Of a stretch of DNA of 46,599 bases, positions 9,561-18,167 are shown one piece after another. The stretch comes from an uncultured Clostridia bacterium (lineage in GTDB: Bacteria; Bacillota; Clostridia; RGIG6154). Positions within the stretch are counted from its first letter, which is position 1. Each line of letters opens with the position of its first letter. A model generated the notes under the pieces. That model made no database searches. It was not told the origin of the DNA and saw only the letters and a program-made list of their open reading frames with translations. Where the stretch lies: NCBI GenBank assembly GCA_934446135.1, contig CAKSDT010000002.1:1-46599 (forward strand), given 5' to 3'. A program made the position numbers and the translations under genes.

Positions 9561-11755
9561 TGATACATCAGTCTTTCTTTAAGTCCGGAAAATCTTCTGA
9601 CTTCACTGTTATTTTTTATCATTTGTTCAAGTATTAACTTGTTTCCCACAAGAATAACAAGTTTTTTCGCTCTTGTAACTGCTGTATAAAGCAAGTTTCT
9701 GCACATAAGGGATGGGGGCGATTTGAAAAGGGGCATAATTACCACCGGAAATTCGCTTCCCTGACTTTTGTGAATTGTTGTTGCATAACACATTTCAAGT
9801 TCGGAAGCCGAACCAAAATCGTATTCTGCTATTCTGTTATCGTCAAATTCAACTGTTATTCTGTCATATTCATCATCAATATCACGGATTATTCCCATAT
9901 CGCCGTTAAAAAGTCCCATTCCTTTAATGCTTCCATGCTGGGTCCATTCAATATCATAATTGTTTTTGATTTGCATAACTTTGTCATTTATTCTGAAAAC
10001 CGTTTCACCAAGGGACTTTTCAGGCTTAAATTCACTGTGCGGATTTAAAACTTGCTGAAGTTCTTTGTTTAAAGTGTTTACACCAACGGTGCTTTTTCTC
10101 ATCGGAGTAAGCACCTGTATATCGGTAAATGGACTTAAATTGTAAGTTTTCGGCAGCCTTGACATACAAAGTTCCGAAATCGTGTTCACTATTTCTTCGG
10201 GGGTTTCTCTCGGCATAAAGAAGAAATCTTTTCCCTTGATGTTAAGATTGGGCATAAGTCCGTTATTTATTCTGTGAGCATTAATTACTATCATGCTTTG
10301 TTCTTCCTGACGGAAAATTTCGGTAAGTCTTTCTACAATTATTCCGTCGCTTTCTATTATATCACGCAGAACATTTCCGGGGCCTACGGACGGCAACTGG
10401 TCCGAGTCGCCTACCATTATAAGGGTTGTCCCCGGGGCAATTGCCTTTAAAAGAGAATTGAAAAGCAAAATATCAACCATTGACATTTCGTCAACAATTA
10501 TCACTTGTGCCTCTATCGGATTTGTCTCATTTCGCATAAAGACCTGAGAATCGCCTTCTGCATTAAATCCTGTTTCTAAAAGCCTGTGAATTGTTTTTGC
10601 GTCTTTTCCGGTGATTTCGGCCATTCTTTTTGCTGCTCTGCCTGTAGGTGCAGCAAGAATGACAGATTTTCCTCTAAGTTCCATTGCTTTTATTATAATA
10701 TTGATAATAGTTGTTTTACCTGTTCCGGGACCGCCGGTTATAACCATAACCGGGCAGGTTAGGGCTGAAATAACTGCATTTTTTTGTTTTTCTTCCAAAG
10801 TTATGCCTGAGAGTTTTTGTGCCTTGTCAACTATTTTTAATATTTCATTGTCAACAGAACGGGGAGGAACTGAATTTAAACTTTTAAGTCTGTATGCCGC
10901 ATTTACTTCGGCAATATGAAGAGGAACACTGTATATTCTTGATACATTTCCGTCAGATTCGGAGATGACTGATTTTTCAAATATAAGTGATGATAAGGCA
11001 TTTGAAATTAAATCTTTGTCGACTCTAAGCATCTCAGCCGTTTTATTTATGAGATAATCAGAGGGCATAAATGTGTTCCCCGATGACATTGCATTTTCAT
11101 TCAGCACAAATGTTATTGCAGATTTAAGTCTTTCGGGGTCTGCCGCATCAAATCCGAGTTTAAAGGCAAGATTGTCTGATGTTTTAAAACCTATTCCGTG
11201 AATATCTTTTGCCAGTATATACGGGTTTTTCTTTATTCTGTCTATTGCATTTCCGCCGTATTTTTTATATACTTTGCCGGCAAAATTTGCCGAAATTCCG
11301 TTATCCTGCAAAAAAATTGCAAGATTTCTCATTCCGAATTGTTTTATGTATTCGTTTCCTATTTCATATGCTTTTTTAAGGCTTATTCCTTTTATTTCCG
11401 CAAGTTTTTCGGGGTTTGTTTCAATAATTGTTAAAGCATCTTCGCCGAATTTGTCAACAATTTTAGATGCCGTTGCACTCCTTATACCTTTTATAAGGCC
11501 CGAAGAAAGATATTTATAAATTGAATCTATTGTAACGGGCGGTGATTTTATAAAAGATGAAACTGCAAACTGTTTTCCGTAAACAGGGTGGCTTGTGTAT
11601 TCCCCCTCAAATGTTACGGTTTCGCCCTCGGACAAATACGGGAGAATTCCGACGCAAGTTATAAGTACTGCGTTTGAGTCTATATCACAAACGCAGTAAC
11701 CGTTATCTTCATTATAAAAAATTATTTCTTCAACTGTTCCCGATATTTTTTCCAT
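9557..11755 (-). CDS. recD2: ATP-dependent RecD-like DNA helicase (RecD2, SF1B)
   Basis: 732 aa. Walker A GGPGTGKTT, DEMSMVD, and C-terminal YATTIHKSQGSEF and LLYTAVTRAK motifs. The N-terminal OB/HhH region is typical of RecD2. 4-nt overlap with comF. Confidence 0.9.
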   Translation of the reverse strand: MEKISGTVEEIIFYNEDNGYCVCDIDSNAVLITCVGILPYLSEGETVTFEGEYTSHPVYGKQFAVSSFIKSPPVTIDSIYKYLSSGLIKGIRSATASKIVDKFGEDALTIIETNPEKLAEIKGISLKKAYEIGNEYIKQFGMRNLAIFLQDNGISANFAGKVYKKYGGNAIDRIKKNPYILAKDIHGIGFKTSDNLAFKLGFDAADPERLKSAITFVLNENAMSSGNTFMPSDYLINKTAEMLRVDKDLISNALSSLIFEKSVISESDGNVSRIYSVPLHIAEVNAAYRLKSLNSVPPRSVDNEILKIVDKAQKLSGITLEEKQKNAVISALTCPVMVITGGPGTGKTTIINIIIKAMELRGKSVILAAPTGRAAKRMAEITGKDAKTIHRLLETGFNAEGDSQVFMRNETNPIEAQVIIVDEMSMVDILLFNSLLKAIAPGTTLIMVGDSDQLPSVGPGNVLRDIIESDGIIVERLTEIFRQEEQSMIVINAHRINNGLMPNLNIKGKDFFFMPRETPEEIVNTISELCMSRLPKTYNLSPFTDIQVLTPMRKSTVGVNTLNKELQQVLNPHSEFKPEKSLGETVFRINDKVMQIKNNYDIEWTQHGSIKGMGLFNGDMGIIRDIDDEYDRITVEFDDNRIAEYDFGSASELEMCYATTIHKSQGSEFPVVIMPLFKSPPSLMCRNLLYTAVTRAKKLVILVGNKLILEQMIKNNSEVRRFSGLKERLMYQ

Positions 11756-12053
11756 TTTTTTCTCCGTTAATTATTTCTGAAAATTCCTGATTTGTAACAA
11801 CTTTAAAATCAGGATAGGATTCTTCAAGTATTTTATATTCATTCTCTTCATTTTCCGCAACAATGTAAATTTTCAGCGGGTATTTTCTCAGTATGTAAAG
11901 CATTTCTTTAATCTCGGAAAAACTTGCTTCTGTTTTGATAACAGTTGCGGTGAGGTCTTTTACTGTGTTTTTTCTGAGCATCTCCCAAAAGAACAAAAGA
12001 AATTCAACAATTCCGAATACTGTAAAAAAATACAATATGATTTGTCTTACCAT
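11730..12053 (-). CDS. hypothetical small membrane protein
   Basis: About 107 aa counted from the ATG 7 nt after GGAGGC. One N-terminal TM helix (QIILYFFTVFGIVEFLLFFW) and an acidic C-terminal domain. Its last 26 nt overlap the recD2 start. Confidence 0.45.
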   Translation of the reverse strand: MVRQIILYFFTVFGIVEFLLFFWEMLRKNTVKDLTATVIKTEASFSEIKEMLYILRKYPLKIYIVAENEENEYKILEESYPDFKVVTNQEFSEIINGEKNGKNIGNS

Positions 12054-12096
12054 AACTAAAGCCTCCACTTTATATTATGATAAATTGCGAGGTATG

Positions 12097-12930
12097 TTAA
12101 TTCTTAATAATGAGATTGTAAACCCGCCTTTTTTGGACTTCATATTTAATAGCGGTTTCTTTTATTGCACTTTTCTTATCAACGCCCTGCTCTATTAAAG
12201 CATTAACCCGGCTTACCAAAAATTCATCAGTAATCTCATCAGTTGTTTTGGGTTTGGTAAATCCCTCCACAACAAGCACATATTCACCTTTCGGCGGCAC
12301 CTCGTCAAACATAACCGCCGCATCTTTTAAATTTGTGCGGATAACGGTTTCGTGTATTTTTGTTATCTCCTTTACAAGAGATATTCTTCTGTCACCCAAA
12401 ACTGAATAAAGGTCTTTTAATGTTGCTCTTAGTTTGTGCGGTGCCTCGTGAAATATAAGCGTTTCGGTATGGGTTTTTATGTCTTCAAGATGATTAAGTC
12501 TTGATGTCTTGTTTACCGATAAAAAGCCCTCAAAAGAAAACCTTCCGGTAGGAAGACCCGAAACGATTAAAGCCTGGACAAATGCACATGGACCCGGAAT
12601 AGGGACAACATCGATAGAAAGTTCTCCGCAAAGTACAACCAAATCTTCTCCCGGGTCTGAAATTGCCGGAGTTCCGGCGTCTGTTACCAGTGCACAGTTT
12701 TCTCCGTTTAATATTTTTTCGGCAATGATTTCCCCCCGTTCTCTTTTGTTATGTTCAAAATAACTTATCATATTTTTCTTAATACCGAAATGATTTAGAA
12801 GTTTTAGGGTGTGCCTTGTATCTTCTGCTGCAATAAAATCAACATCGTTTAAAGTTTTAAGAGCCCTTTCGGATATGTCGCTTAAATTACCGATAGGGGT
12901 TGCAACTAAGTATAATTTTCCTTTTTCCAT
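12097..12930 (-). CDS. rsmI: 16S rRNA (cytidine1402-2'-O)-methyltransferase
   Basis: GKLYLVATPIGNLSDIS N-terminus and the tetrapyrrole-methylase fold typical of RsmI. Confidence 0.9.
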   Translation of the reverse strand: MEKGKLYLVATPIGNLSDISERALKTLNDVDFIAAEDTRHTLKLLNHFGIKKNMISYFEHNKRERGEIIAEKILNGENCALVTDAGTPAISDPGEDLVVLCGELSIDVVPIPGPCAFVQALIVSGLPTGRFSFEGFLSVNKTSRLNHLEDIKTHTETLIFHEAPHKLRATLKDLYSVLGDRRISLVKEITKIHETVIRTNLKDAAVMFDEVPPKGEYVLVVEGFTKPKTTDEITDEFLVSRVNALIEQGVDKKSAIKETAIKYEVQKRRVYNLIIKN

Positions 12931-12931
12931 A

Positions 12932-13663
12932 TTAATTTTCCTTAGATTTACTGTAAAGTGTTTTTATGTGAGCGGTATAATTACCGTTGTTGTCATATAT
13001 AAGTATAGGTTTTTCAAATTTAAGTCCCGGATTTCCGCCTTTTGAACCTTCAAGCAAAATAAGACAGGGCGGAAGTCCCTCTTTTGAAGAAACCGTTTGT
13101 ATTCTTTTCGGTTCAATTCCGTATTCTTTAAATGTGTAAATGAGTTCAGCCATCCTCTCGGGTTTGTGAACCATAGAAAGTTTTCCCGACGGCTTTAAAA
13201 TTCTTGAAGACTGCCTTACAATATCGGAAAGTGTGCATAAAACTTCGTGTCTTGCAATTTTAAGTGCATCATCGGGGTTTATTATTCCTCCGCCCAACGG
13301 TTTGTATGGCGGATTGCAGGTAATATAATCAAAAGTATTTCCCTTAAATATTGTATTATCGTTGATGTCACCCTCTATTATTTCAACAAGTTCGTCTAAA
13401 GAATTCAGAGCAACATTTTTTTTAGCAAGAGAGTATGACCTTTTCTGAACTTCAATACCGATAATTTTTTTTGCATATACCTTTGCGGTCAACAGGAGCG
13501 GAATTATTCCGTTTCCGGTTCCGATATCCAAAATCAAGGCGTTTTTATTAGGTTTTGCAAAGTTGGCAAGAAGAACTGAGTCTGTTCCGAAACAAAAAAG
13601 ACTTGGGTCCTGCATAATTTTAAGATTATTTATTTGTAAATCATCAGTTCGTAAATTGTTCAT
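12932..13663 (-). CDS. tRNA (adenine-N6)-methyltransferase-like protein (YabB/TrmN6 family)
   Basis: DIGTGNGIIPL SAM loop and CNPPYKP N6-adenine motif. Occupies the yabB position upstream of rsmI. Confidence 0.75.
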   Translation of the reverse strand: MNNLRTDDLQINNLKIMQDPSLFCFGTDSVLLANFAKPNKNALILDIGTGNGIIPLLLTAKVYAKKIIGIEVQKRSYSLAKKNVALNSLDELVEIIEGDINDNTIFKGNTFDYITCNPPYKPLGGGIINPDDALKIARHEVLCTLSDIVRQSSRILKPSGKLSMVHKPERMAELIYTFKEYGIEPKRIQTVSSKEGLPPCLILLEGSKGGNPGLKFEKPILIYDNNGNYTAHIKTLYSKSKEN

Positions 13664-13683
13664 ATAAAACCGCCGTTTCAGTA

Positions 13684-13715
13684 AAAAAGCGATGACAATT
13701 CTGCCATCGCTTTTT
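13684..13715 (-). terminator. rho-independent terminator after the ferredoxin gene
   Basis: AAAAAGCGATG (13684-13694) pairs with CATCGCTTTTT (13705-13715). A U-run follows on the minus-strand RNA. Confidence 0.6.
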
Positions 13716-13726
13716 AGAATTAAAAA

Positions 13727-13897
13727 TTATTCTTCAGACGGAGCACCTACAGGACAAACACCTGCACAAGCGCCGCAGCTTATACATTCGTCAGCATTGA
13801 TAACATATTTTGAATCACCTGCTGAAATAGCAGATACAGGACATTCGCCTTCGCAAGCACCGCAGCTAACGCATTCATCAGAAATTACATATGCCAT
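13727..13897 (-). CDS. fdx: clostridial-type 2x[4Fe-4S] ferredoxin (56 aa, absent from the ORF track)
   Basis: My own translation of the minus strand gives MAYVISDECVSCGACEGECPVSAISAGDSKYVINADECISCGACAGVCPVGAPSEE*. It has two CxxCxxCxxxCP motifs and GGAGGTG 8 nt upstream of the ATG. It falls below the 60-aa cutoff of the track. Confidence 0.85.
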   Translation of the reverse strand: MAYVISDECVSCGACEGECPVSAISAGDSKYVINADECISCGACAGVCPVGAPSEE

Positions 13898-13961
13898 TAT
13901 TTAACACCTCCTTCGAAATGTTTAAAAGTTGTTTTTGACGACCAAAAACACTCTTTAGACT

Positions 13962-13989
13962 ATTGTACCATAAAAAATAATATTTGCAA
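13962..13989 (-). promoter_or_regulatory. candidate promoter for the ferredoxin gene (TTGCAA, 16 nt spacer, TGgTACAAT)
   Basis: On the minus strand, TTGCAA is at 13989-13984 and TACAAT at 13967-13962 with an upstream TG. Confidence 0.45.
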
Positions 13990-14004
13990 GAGTTTTTTTA
14001 TATT

Positions 14005-14874
14005 TTATTCTTCCAAATTTTTAAACATTTTCATTTCTTCGGCATTAACCTTGATTTCGGCATTTTTTATTATTTCCACATCACGCACATCAAAGGTTGA
14101 AAAAGCCGATTCATTTTTGTCATTTTTAATTTCAACCATAAGTTTTCCCCTTAAGAGATTGACATCTGTCACTGTTCCTTTGCCTAACGGCGTTTTTACA
14201 AGAGAACCTTTTGACGGAGTTGTTTTTAACAAATCTTCATATGCTTCCTGTTCATATTTAAGGCAGCACATAAGTCTTGAGCAGGTGCCGGATATTTTAG
14301 TCGGATTAAGTGAAAGATTTTGTTCTTTTGCCATTTTAATTGAAACGGGTTCAAAGTTACCCATATATGAAGAACAGCAAAGTTTTCTGCCGCATATACC
14401 GAGTCCTCCCACCATTTTTGCCTCGTCACGGACACCTATTTGTCTTAATTCAATTCTTGTTTTAAATACGGATGCCAAATCCTTAACAAGTTCTCTGAAA
14501 TCTACTCTGCCTTCAGATGTGAAGTAAAACAAGATCTTATTTTGGTCAAATGTGTATTCCACATCTATAAGTTTCATATCAAGATTATGCTTTTCAATTT
14601 TCTGGACGCATATGTCAAATGCCTTTTTTTCAAGTTCCTTATTTTTTTCGTTTTGTTTTATATCTTCATCGGATGCAATTCTCATTAGTGGTTTTAACGG
14701 GGATACAACCGAATTTTCATCAATTTCTGTATTGGCAATGGCAACTTCTCCTATTTCGACACCTCTCGATGTTTCAACTATTACGAAACTGCCTGTTTCA
14801 AGTTTATTTCCGCATGGGTCAAAATAATACACCTTACGCGATTTTTTAAATTTTACTCCTACTATTTCTATCAT
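14005..14874 (-). CDS. ricT: PSP1-domain protein RicT/YaaT (stage 0 sporulation / RNase Y maturation complex component)
   Basis: 289 aa. PSP1 C-terminal domain pattern with a Cys cluster (GICGRKLCCSSY...CSRLMCCLKYE). Position directly downstream of holB matches Bacillus. Confidence 0.85.
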   Translation of the reverse strand: MIEIVGVKFKKSRKVYYFDPCGNKLETGSFVIVETSRGVEIGEVAIANTEIDENSVVSPLKPLMRIASDEDIKQNEKNKELEKKAFDICVQKIEKHNLDMKLIDVEYTFDQNKILFYFTSEGRVDFRELVKDLASVFKTRIELRQIGVRDEAKMVGGLGICGRKLCCSSYMGNFEPVSIKMAKEQNLSLNPTKISGTCSRLMCCLKYEQEAYEDLLKTTPSKGSLVKTPLGKGTVTDVNLLRGKLMVEIKNDKNESAFSTFDVRDVEIIKNAEIKVNAEEMKMFKNLEE

Positions 14875-15859
14875 AAAGTTCCTCCCTGATATTTATAAGA
14901 AAGTTTAAAACATTAAGTTTAAGAGACGCCCTTTTAACCGAAACATTATTATAACATTCGGTAATTCCCGAAATGAAATTTTCCAGGAAATCAGAACTGA
15001 ATTTTTCGGAAAGAGAAGTAAGTTCTTCCCACAAATCACTGTTTATGGCAAATTCTTTCTTAAATCCGTTCTTGATGCAGAGCATATCCCTTACTATAGT
15101 TTGTATATAAAGTATATTTGCACCAAAATCATCTTTGTTGTCAAAAAGATAGTCCGCGAAATCAAAGACTGCTGATTTTTCAGCGGAAAACACCCTGTCA
15201 AAAAACAAATAAAGTTTTCTCCGCATAGCGTAATCTCCGCCTTTTAAGAGCAAATCTTCGGCACCTGTTATACTTCCTTCGCAAAAATTTCCGCAAAAAA
15301 GAGCAAGTTCTTTCTTTTCGGGATACTTTTTAGCAAGGTAACTGCCGACCTCTTTTCCCGTCGGTATTCTCAACTTGTATTTTTTGAATCTTGAAAGAAC
15401 TGTGGGAAGCAAATCTTCTTCCTTGTCAGATACCATAATTATTGTGCAGTATTCAGGCGGTTGTTCCGTTACTTTTAAAAGTGCGTTTTGTGCCTGAACC
15501 GTAAGTTTAGAGGCGTCTTCAAATATGCAGACTTTATAATCTGAGATAAAAGGCACCGTTTCGACTTTTTTGATAAATTCTCTTATTTCATTAACGCCGA
15601 TTGTTTCTTTTGTCGCCGAAACTACAATTTTATCCGGGTGCGAACCGGCATTTGTTTTTGCACATGACGGACATCTCATACAAGCCTGTCCGTTTTCCTT
15701 AGAGTCGCACAAAATTGCATCGGAAACAGCGTGGGCAAGACAAAGACAGGTTTGCCTTTCTCCGCAAAACAATATTGCGTGTCCTAATGTACCATAAGAT
15801 ATGGACTGCCTTAAATCCGACACCAGAGAATCCTGCCATTTTACGGTGTTAAAATTCAA
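14846..15859 (-). CDS. holB: DNA polymerase III delta' subunit
   Basis: AAA+-like GHAILFCGE region and a zinc module CMRCPSCAK. Start uncertain: TTG 15859 sits 8 nt after GGAGGA, while the track ATG is at 15895. Confidence 0.8.
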   Translation of the reverse strand: MNFNTVKWQDSLVSDLRQSISYGTLGHAILFCGERQTCLCLAHAVSDAILCDSKENGQACMRCPSCAKTNAGSHPDKIVVSATKETIGVNEIREFIKKVETVPFISDYKVCIFEDASKLTVQAQNALLKVTEQPPEYCTIIMVSDKEEDLLPTVLSRFKKYKLRIPTGKEVGSYLAKKYPEKKELALFCGNFCEGSITGAEDLLLKGGDYAMRRKLYLFFDRVFSAEKSAVFDFADYLFDNKDDFGANILYIQTIVRDMLCIKNGFKKEFAINSDLWEELTSLSEKFSSDFLENFISGITECYNNVSVKRASLKLNVLNFLINIREELYDRNSRSKI

Positions 15860-15922
15860 AACAAAATTCCTCCGTACAAATCGATTTTCAAACATATATT
15901 ATACAGAATTTTTCTTGTTTTG

Positions 15923-16699
15923 TCAATCTTGCATTGCCTCCGTGCGTTTTTGAGAATATTCCTTGGGCGAAATTCCAAAATGCTTTTTAAAACTTTTGGA
16001 AAAGTGAAATGTGTCGGAATATCCGGAAAGCGTTGCGGAGTCTGCCACACTTTTGCCTTGCTTTAAATATTTTTTGGCTTTTTCAAGCCTTACATTAATA
16101 AGGTAGTCCTGAATTGTAAATCCGGTTTTTTCTTTAAACAAACGGGTCATATATCTTCTGTCAAGCCCTATCATTGACGCGATTTCAGAAATCTTTACAT
16201 TTGTCATATAGTTTGAACGGATAAAGTTTTTAATCTGTTGCTCATAACCGGACGGTTTCTCGCTTTTGTCTATTATATGTGAAATTACTACATACAAAAG
16301 TCCCACAAGATATTCTTCACGGGATGAAGTAAATTCATCGGCATCCTGCATCTTAAGAAAAGTATCGTCTGAATAATCAATCACAGGTTTTTCAAGGCTT
16401 TTAAGTTTTTCTGCAATATTTCCGGTAAATCCAATCCAGATGTAATACCACGGGTCTTTTAAATCTGCGGTATATGTAGTTGTTTCGTCAGGATATATAA
16501 TAAATATCTGCCCTTCGTTTACAGGGTGTCTGCCGTCTTTGTTTATAAGAACGCCTTTTCCCTTTACTACATAGTGAATAAGATACTGGTCTCTTATTGA
16601 AGGACCGTAACTGTACTTTGGAGTGCAGACTTCATAACCGCATTGACGAACATTAAGTTCAGAATACTTTCTGTCTGTAAGTGCAATATCTTTTCGCAT
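15923..16699 (-). CDS. AraC-family transcriptional regulator (N-terminal cupin sensor, C-terminal double HTH)
   Basis: A cupin-like N-domain is followed by ISEIASMIGLDRRYMTRLFKEKTG and SGYSDTFHFSKSFKKHFGISPKEY. Start taken at the ATG 7 nt after AAGGTGAG. Confidence 0.85.
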   Translation of the reverse strand: MRKDIALTDRKYSELNVRQCGYEVCTPKYSYGPSIRDQYLIHYVVKGKGVLINKDGRHPVNEGQIFIIYPDETTTYTADLKDPWYYIWIGFTGNIAEKLKSLEKPVIDYSDDTFLKMQDADEFTSSREEYLVGLLYVVISHIIDKSEKPSGYEQQIKNFIRSNYMTNVKISEIASMIGLDRRYMTRLFKEKTGFTIQDYLINVRLEKAKKYLKQGKSVADSATLSGYSDTFHFSKSFKKHFGISPKEYSQKRTEAMQD

Positions 16700-16711
16700 A
16701 TAAATCTCACC

Positions 16712-16743
16712 TTTAGTTACATAATAACATATTTTAGTTACAT
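16712..16743. promoter_or_regulatory. 11-nt direct repeat TTTAGTTACAT x2 with 21-bp register (candidate AraC operator)
   Basis: Exact copies at 16712-16722 and 16733-16743, in the divergent araC/GH4 intergenic region. Confidence 0.35.
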
Positions 16744-16806
16744 TAGTCAATAGAATTTAATTTTCAACTGTGATATTATCATAGTAAAGAAAGGAAGATG
16801 AAACTT

Positions 16807-18126
16807 ATGATTAAAATAACATTTATGGGTGCAGGCAGCACTGTTTTCGCCAAAAATGTATTGGGCGACACAATGCTCTGCGAATCTCTGTGTGATTGTG
16901 AAATAGCACTTTATGACATCGACGGGACAAGACTTGAAGAATCAAAACTTCTTCTTGATGCTTTGAACAAAAACTGCAACAACAACCGTGCAGTAATAAA
17001 GACCTATCTCGGAGTTGAAAACCGTCTTGAGGCTTTAAGAGGTGCTGACTTTGTAATAAATGCAATTCAGGTGGGAGGATATGAACCGTCAACGGTTATA
17101 GATTTCGAAATTCCTAAAAAATACGGCCTTAAGCAGACAATAGCGGATACATTGGGAATAGGCGGAATTTTCCGTGCACTCCGTACAATACCGGTTATGC
17201 GTGATTTTGCAGAAGATATTGAAAAGGTTTGCCCGAATGCGTGGTTTTTAAACTACACAAATCCTATGGCGATGCTTACGGGATATATGCAAAGATATAC
17301 AAATGTTAAAACGGTAGGTCTTTGCCACAGTGTCCAGGTTTGCACATCAACACTTTTGAAAAATCTTGGCATTCCGTCAGAGGGTGTAACAGATAAAATT
17401 GCCGGAATAAACCATATGGCATGGCTTTTGGAAGTAAGGGATAAGGACGGAAACGACTTATATCCTAAAATTAAGGAACTTACCGAAAAGAAAATTTTCT
17501 CGGATGACTGTTGTGACAGGGTAAGACTTGAATACATAAGAAAACTCGGATATTACTGCACAGAAAGCAGTGAGCATAATGCCGAATACAACCCATTTTT
17601 TATTAAACCCAATTATCCTGAACTTATTGAGCGTTACCGTGTTCCGATTGACGAATATCTGAAAAGATGCGTTAATCAGATAGAAAAATGGGAGAAACAG
17701 AAAGAAGAAATTTTCGCGGGCGGAGAAGTTACGCACGAAAGAAGCCGCGAATATGCTTCCCGTATTATGGAAGCAATGGTGACAGATAATCCGTATAAAA
17801 TCGGCGGAAATGTTATCAACAACGGACTTATTACAAATCTTGTTCCAAAGGCTTGCGTTGAAGTTCCCTGTCTTGTTGATGCGTCGGGTGTTAATCCTAC
17901 TTATATCGGCGAACTTCCGCCGCAGCTTGCTGCAATGAATATGACAAATATTAATGTTCAGCTTCTTACTATTGAAGCGGCAGTAACCAAAAAGAAGGAA
18001 CATATTTATCATGCGGCAATGCTTGACCCTCACACAGCATCTGTTCTCTCGCTTGACGATATAGTATCAATGTGCGATGAACTTGTTGAGGCTCATAACA
18101 AATCCGGATTCCCGGTTTTAGTATAA
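16807..18126 (+). CDS. melA: GH4 family alpha-galactosidase/alpha-glucosidase (NAD+/Mn2+-dependent, MelA-like)
   Basis: The KITFMGAGSTVFAKNVLGD Rossmann N-terminus and the GLCHSV and INHMAW motifs are characteristic of GH4. The second ATG (16807) has better RBS spacing than 16798. Confidence 0.8.
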   Translation: MIKITFMGAGSTVFAKNVLGDTMLCESLCDCEIALYDIDGTRLEESKLLLDALNKNCNNNRAVIKTYLGVENRLEALRGADFVINAIQVGGYEPSTVIDFEIPKKYGLKQTIADTLGIGGIFRALRTIPVMRDFAEDIEKVCPNAWFLNYTNPMAMLTGYMQRYTNVKTVGLCHSVQVCTSTLLKNLGIPSEGVTDKIAGINHMAWLLEVRDKDGNDLYPKIKELTEKKIFSDDCCDRVRLEYIRKLGYYCTESSEHNAEYNPFFIKPNYPELIERYRVPIDEYLKRCVNQIEKWEKQKEEIFAGGEVTHERSREYASRIMEAMVTDNPYKIGGNVINNGLITNLVPKACVEVPCLVDASGVNPTYIGELPPQLAAMNMTNINVQLLTIEAAVTKKKEHIYHAAMLDPHTASVLSLDDIVSMCDELVEAHNKSGFPVLV

Positions 18127-18131
18127 AAAAT

Positions 18132-18167
18132 ATCCCTCAAGGCTTAGCCTTGAGGGATCAGTTTTTT
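18132..18167. terminator. bidirectional rho-independent terminator between convergent genes
   Basis: ATCCCTCAAGGC (18132-18143) pairs with GCCTTGAGGGAT (18147-18158). There is a T-run on the + strand and an A-run upstream. Confidence 0.75.

Noticed and set aside
13692-13904. 70-aa + strand ORF with an internal repeat (GQTPAQAPQLIHSS / GHSPSQAPQLTHSS)
   Set aside because: It is the antisense shadow of the minus-strand ferredoxin gene, whose two duplicated Cys motifs generate the apparent repeat. It has no RBS, whereas the minus-strand gene has a strong RBS, a promoter and a terminator.
14051-14527. 158-aa + strand ORF inside the ricT region
   Set aside because: It is antisense to a well-supported PSP1/RicT gene, is low-complexity and Ser/Phe-rich, and has no RBS. 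This is a typical shadow ORF in AT-rich DNA.
17458-18033. 191-aa minus-strand ORF
   Set aside because: It lies entirely antisense within the GH4 alpha-galactosidase gene. Its composition (Phe, Asn and Ile-rich) looks like an antisense artefact.
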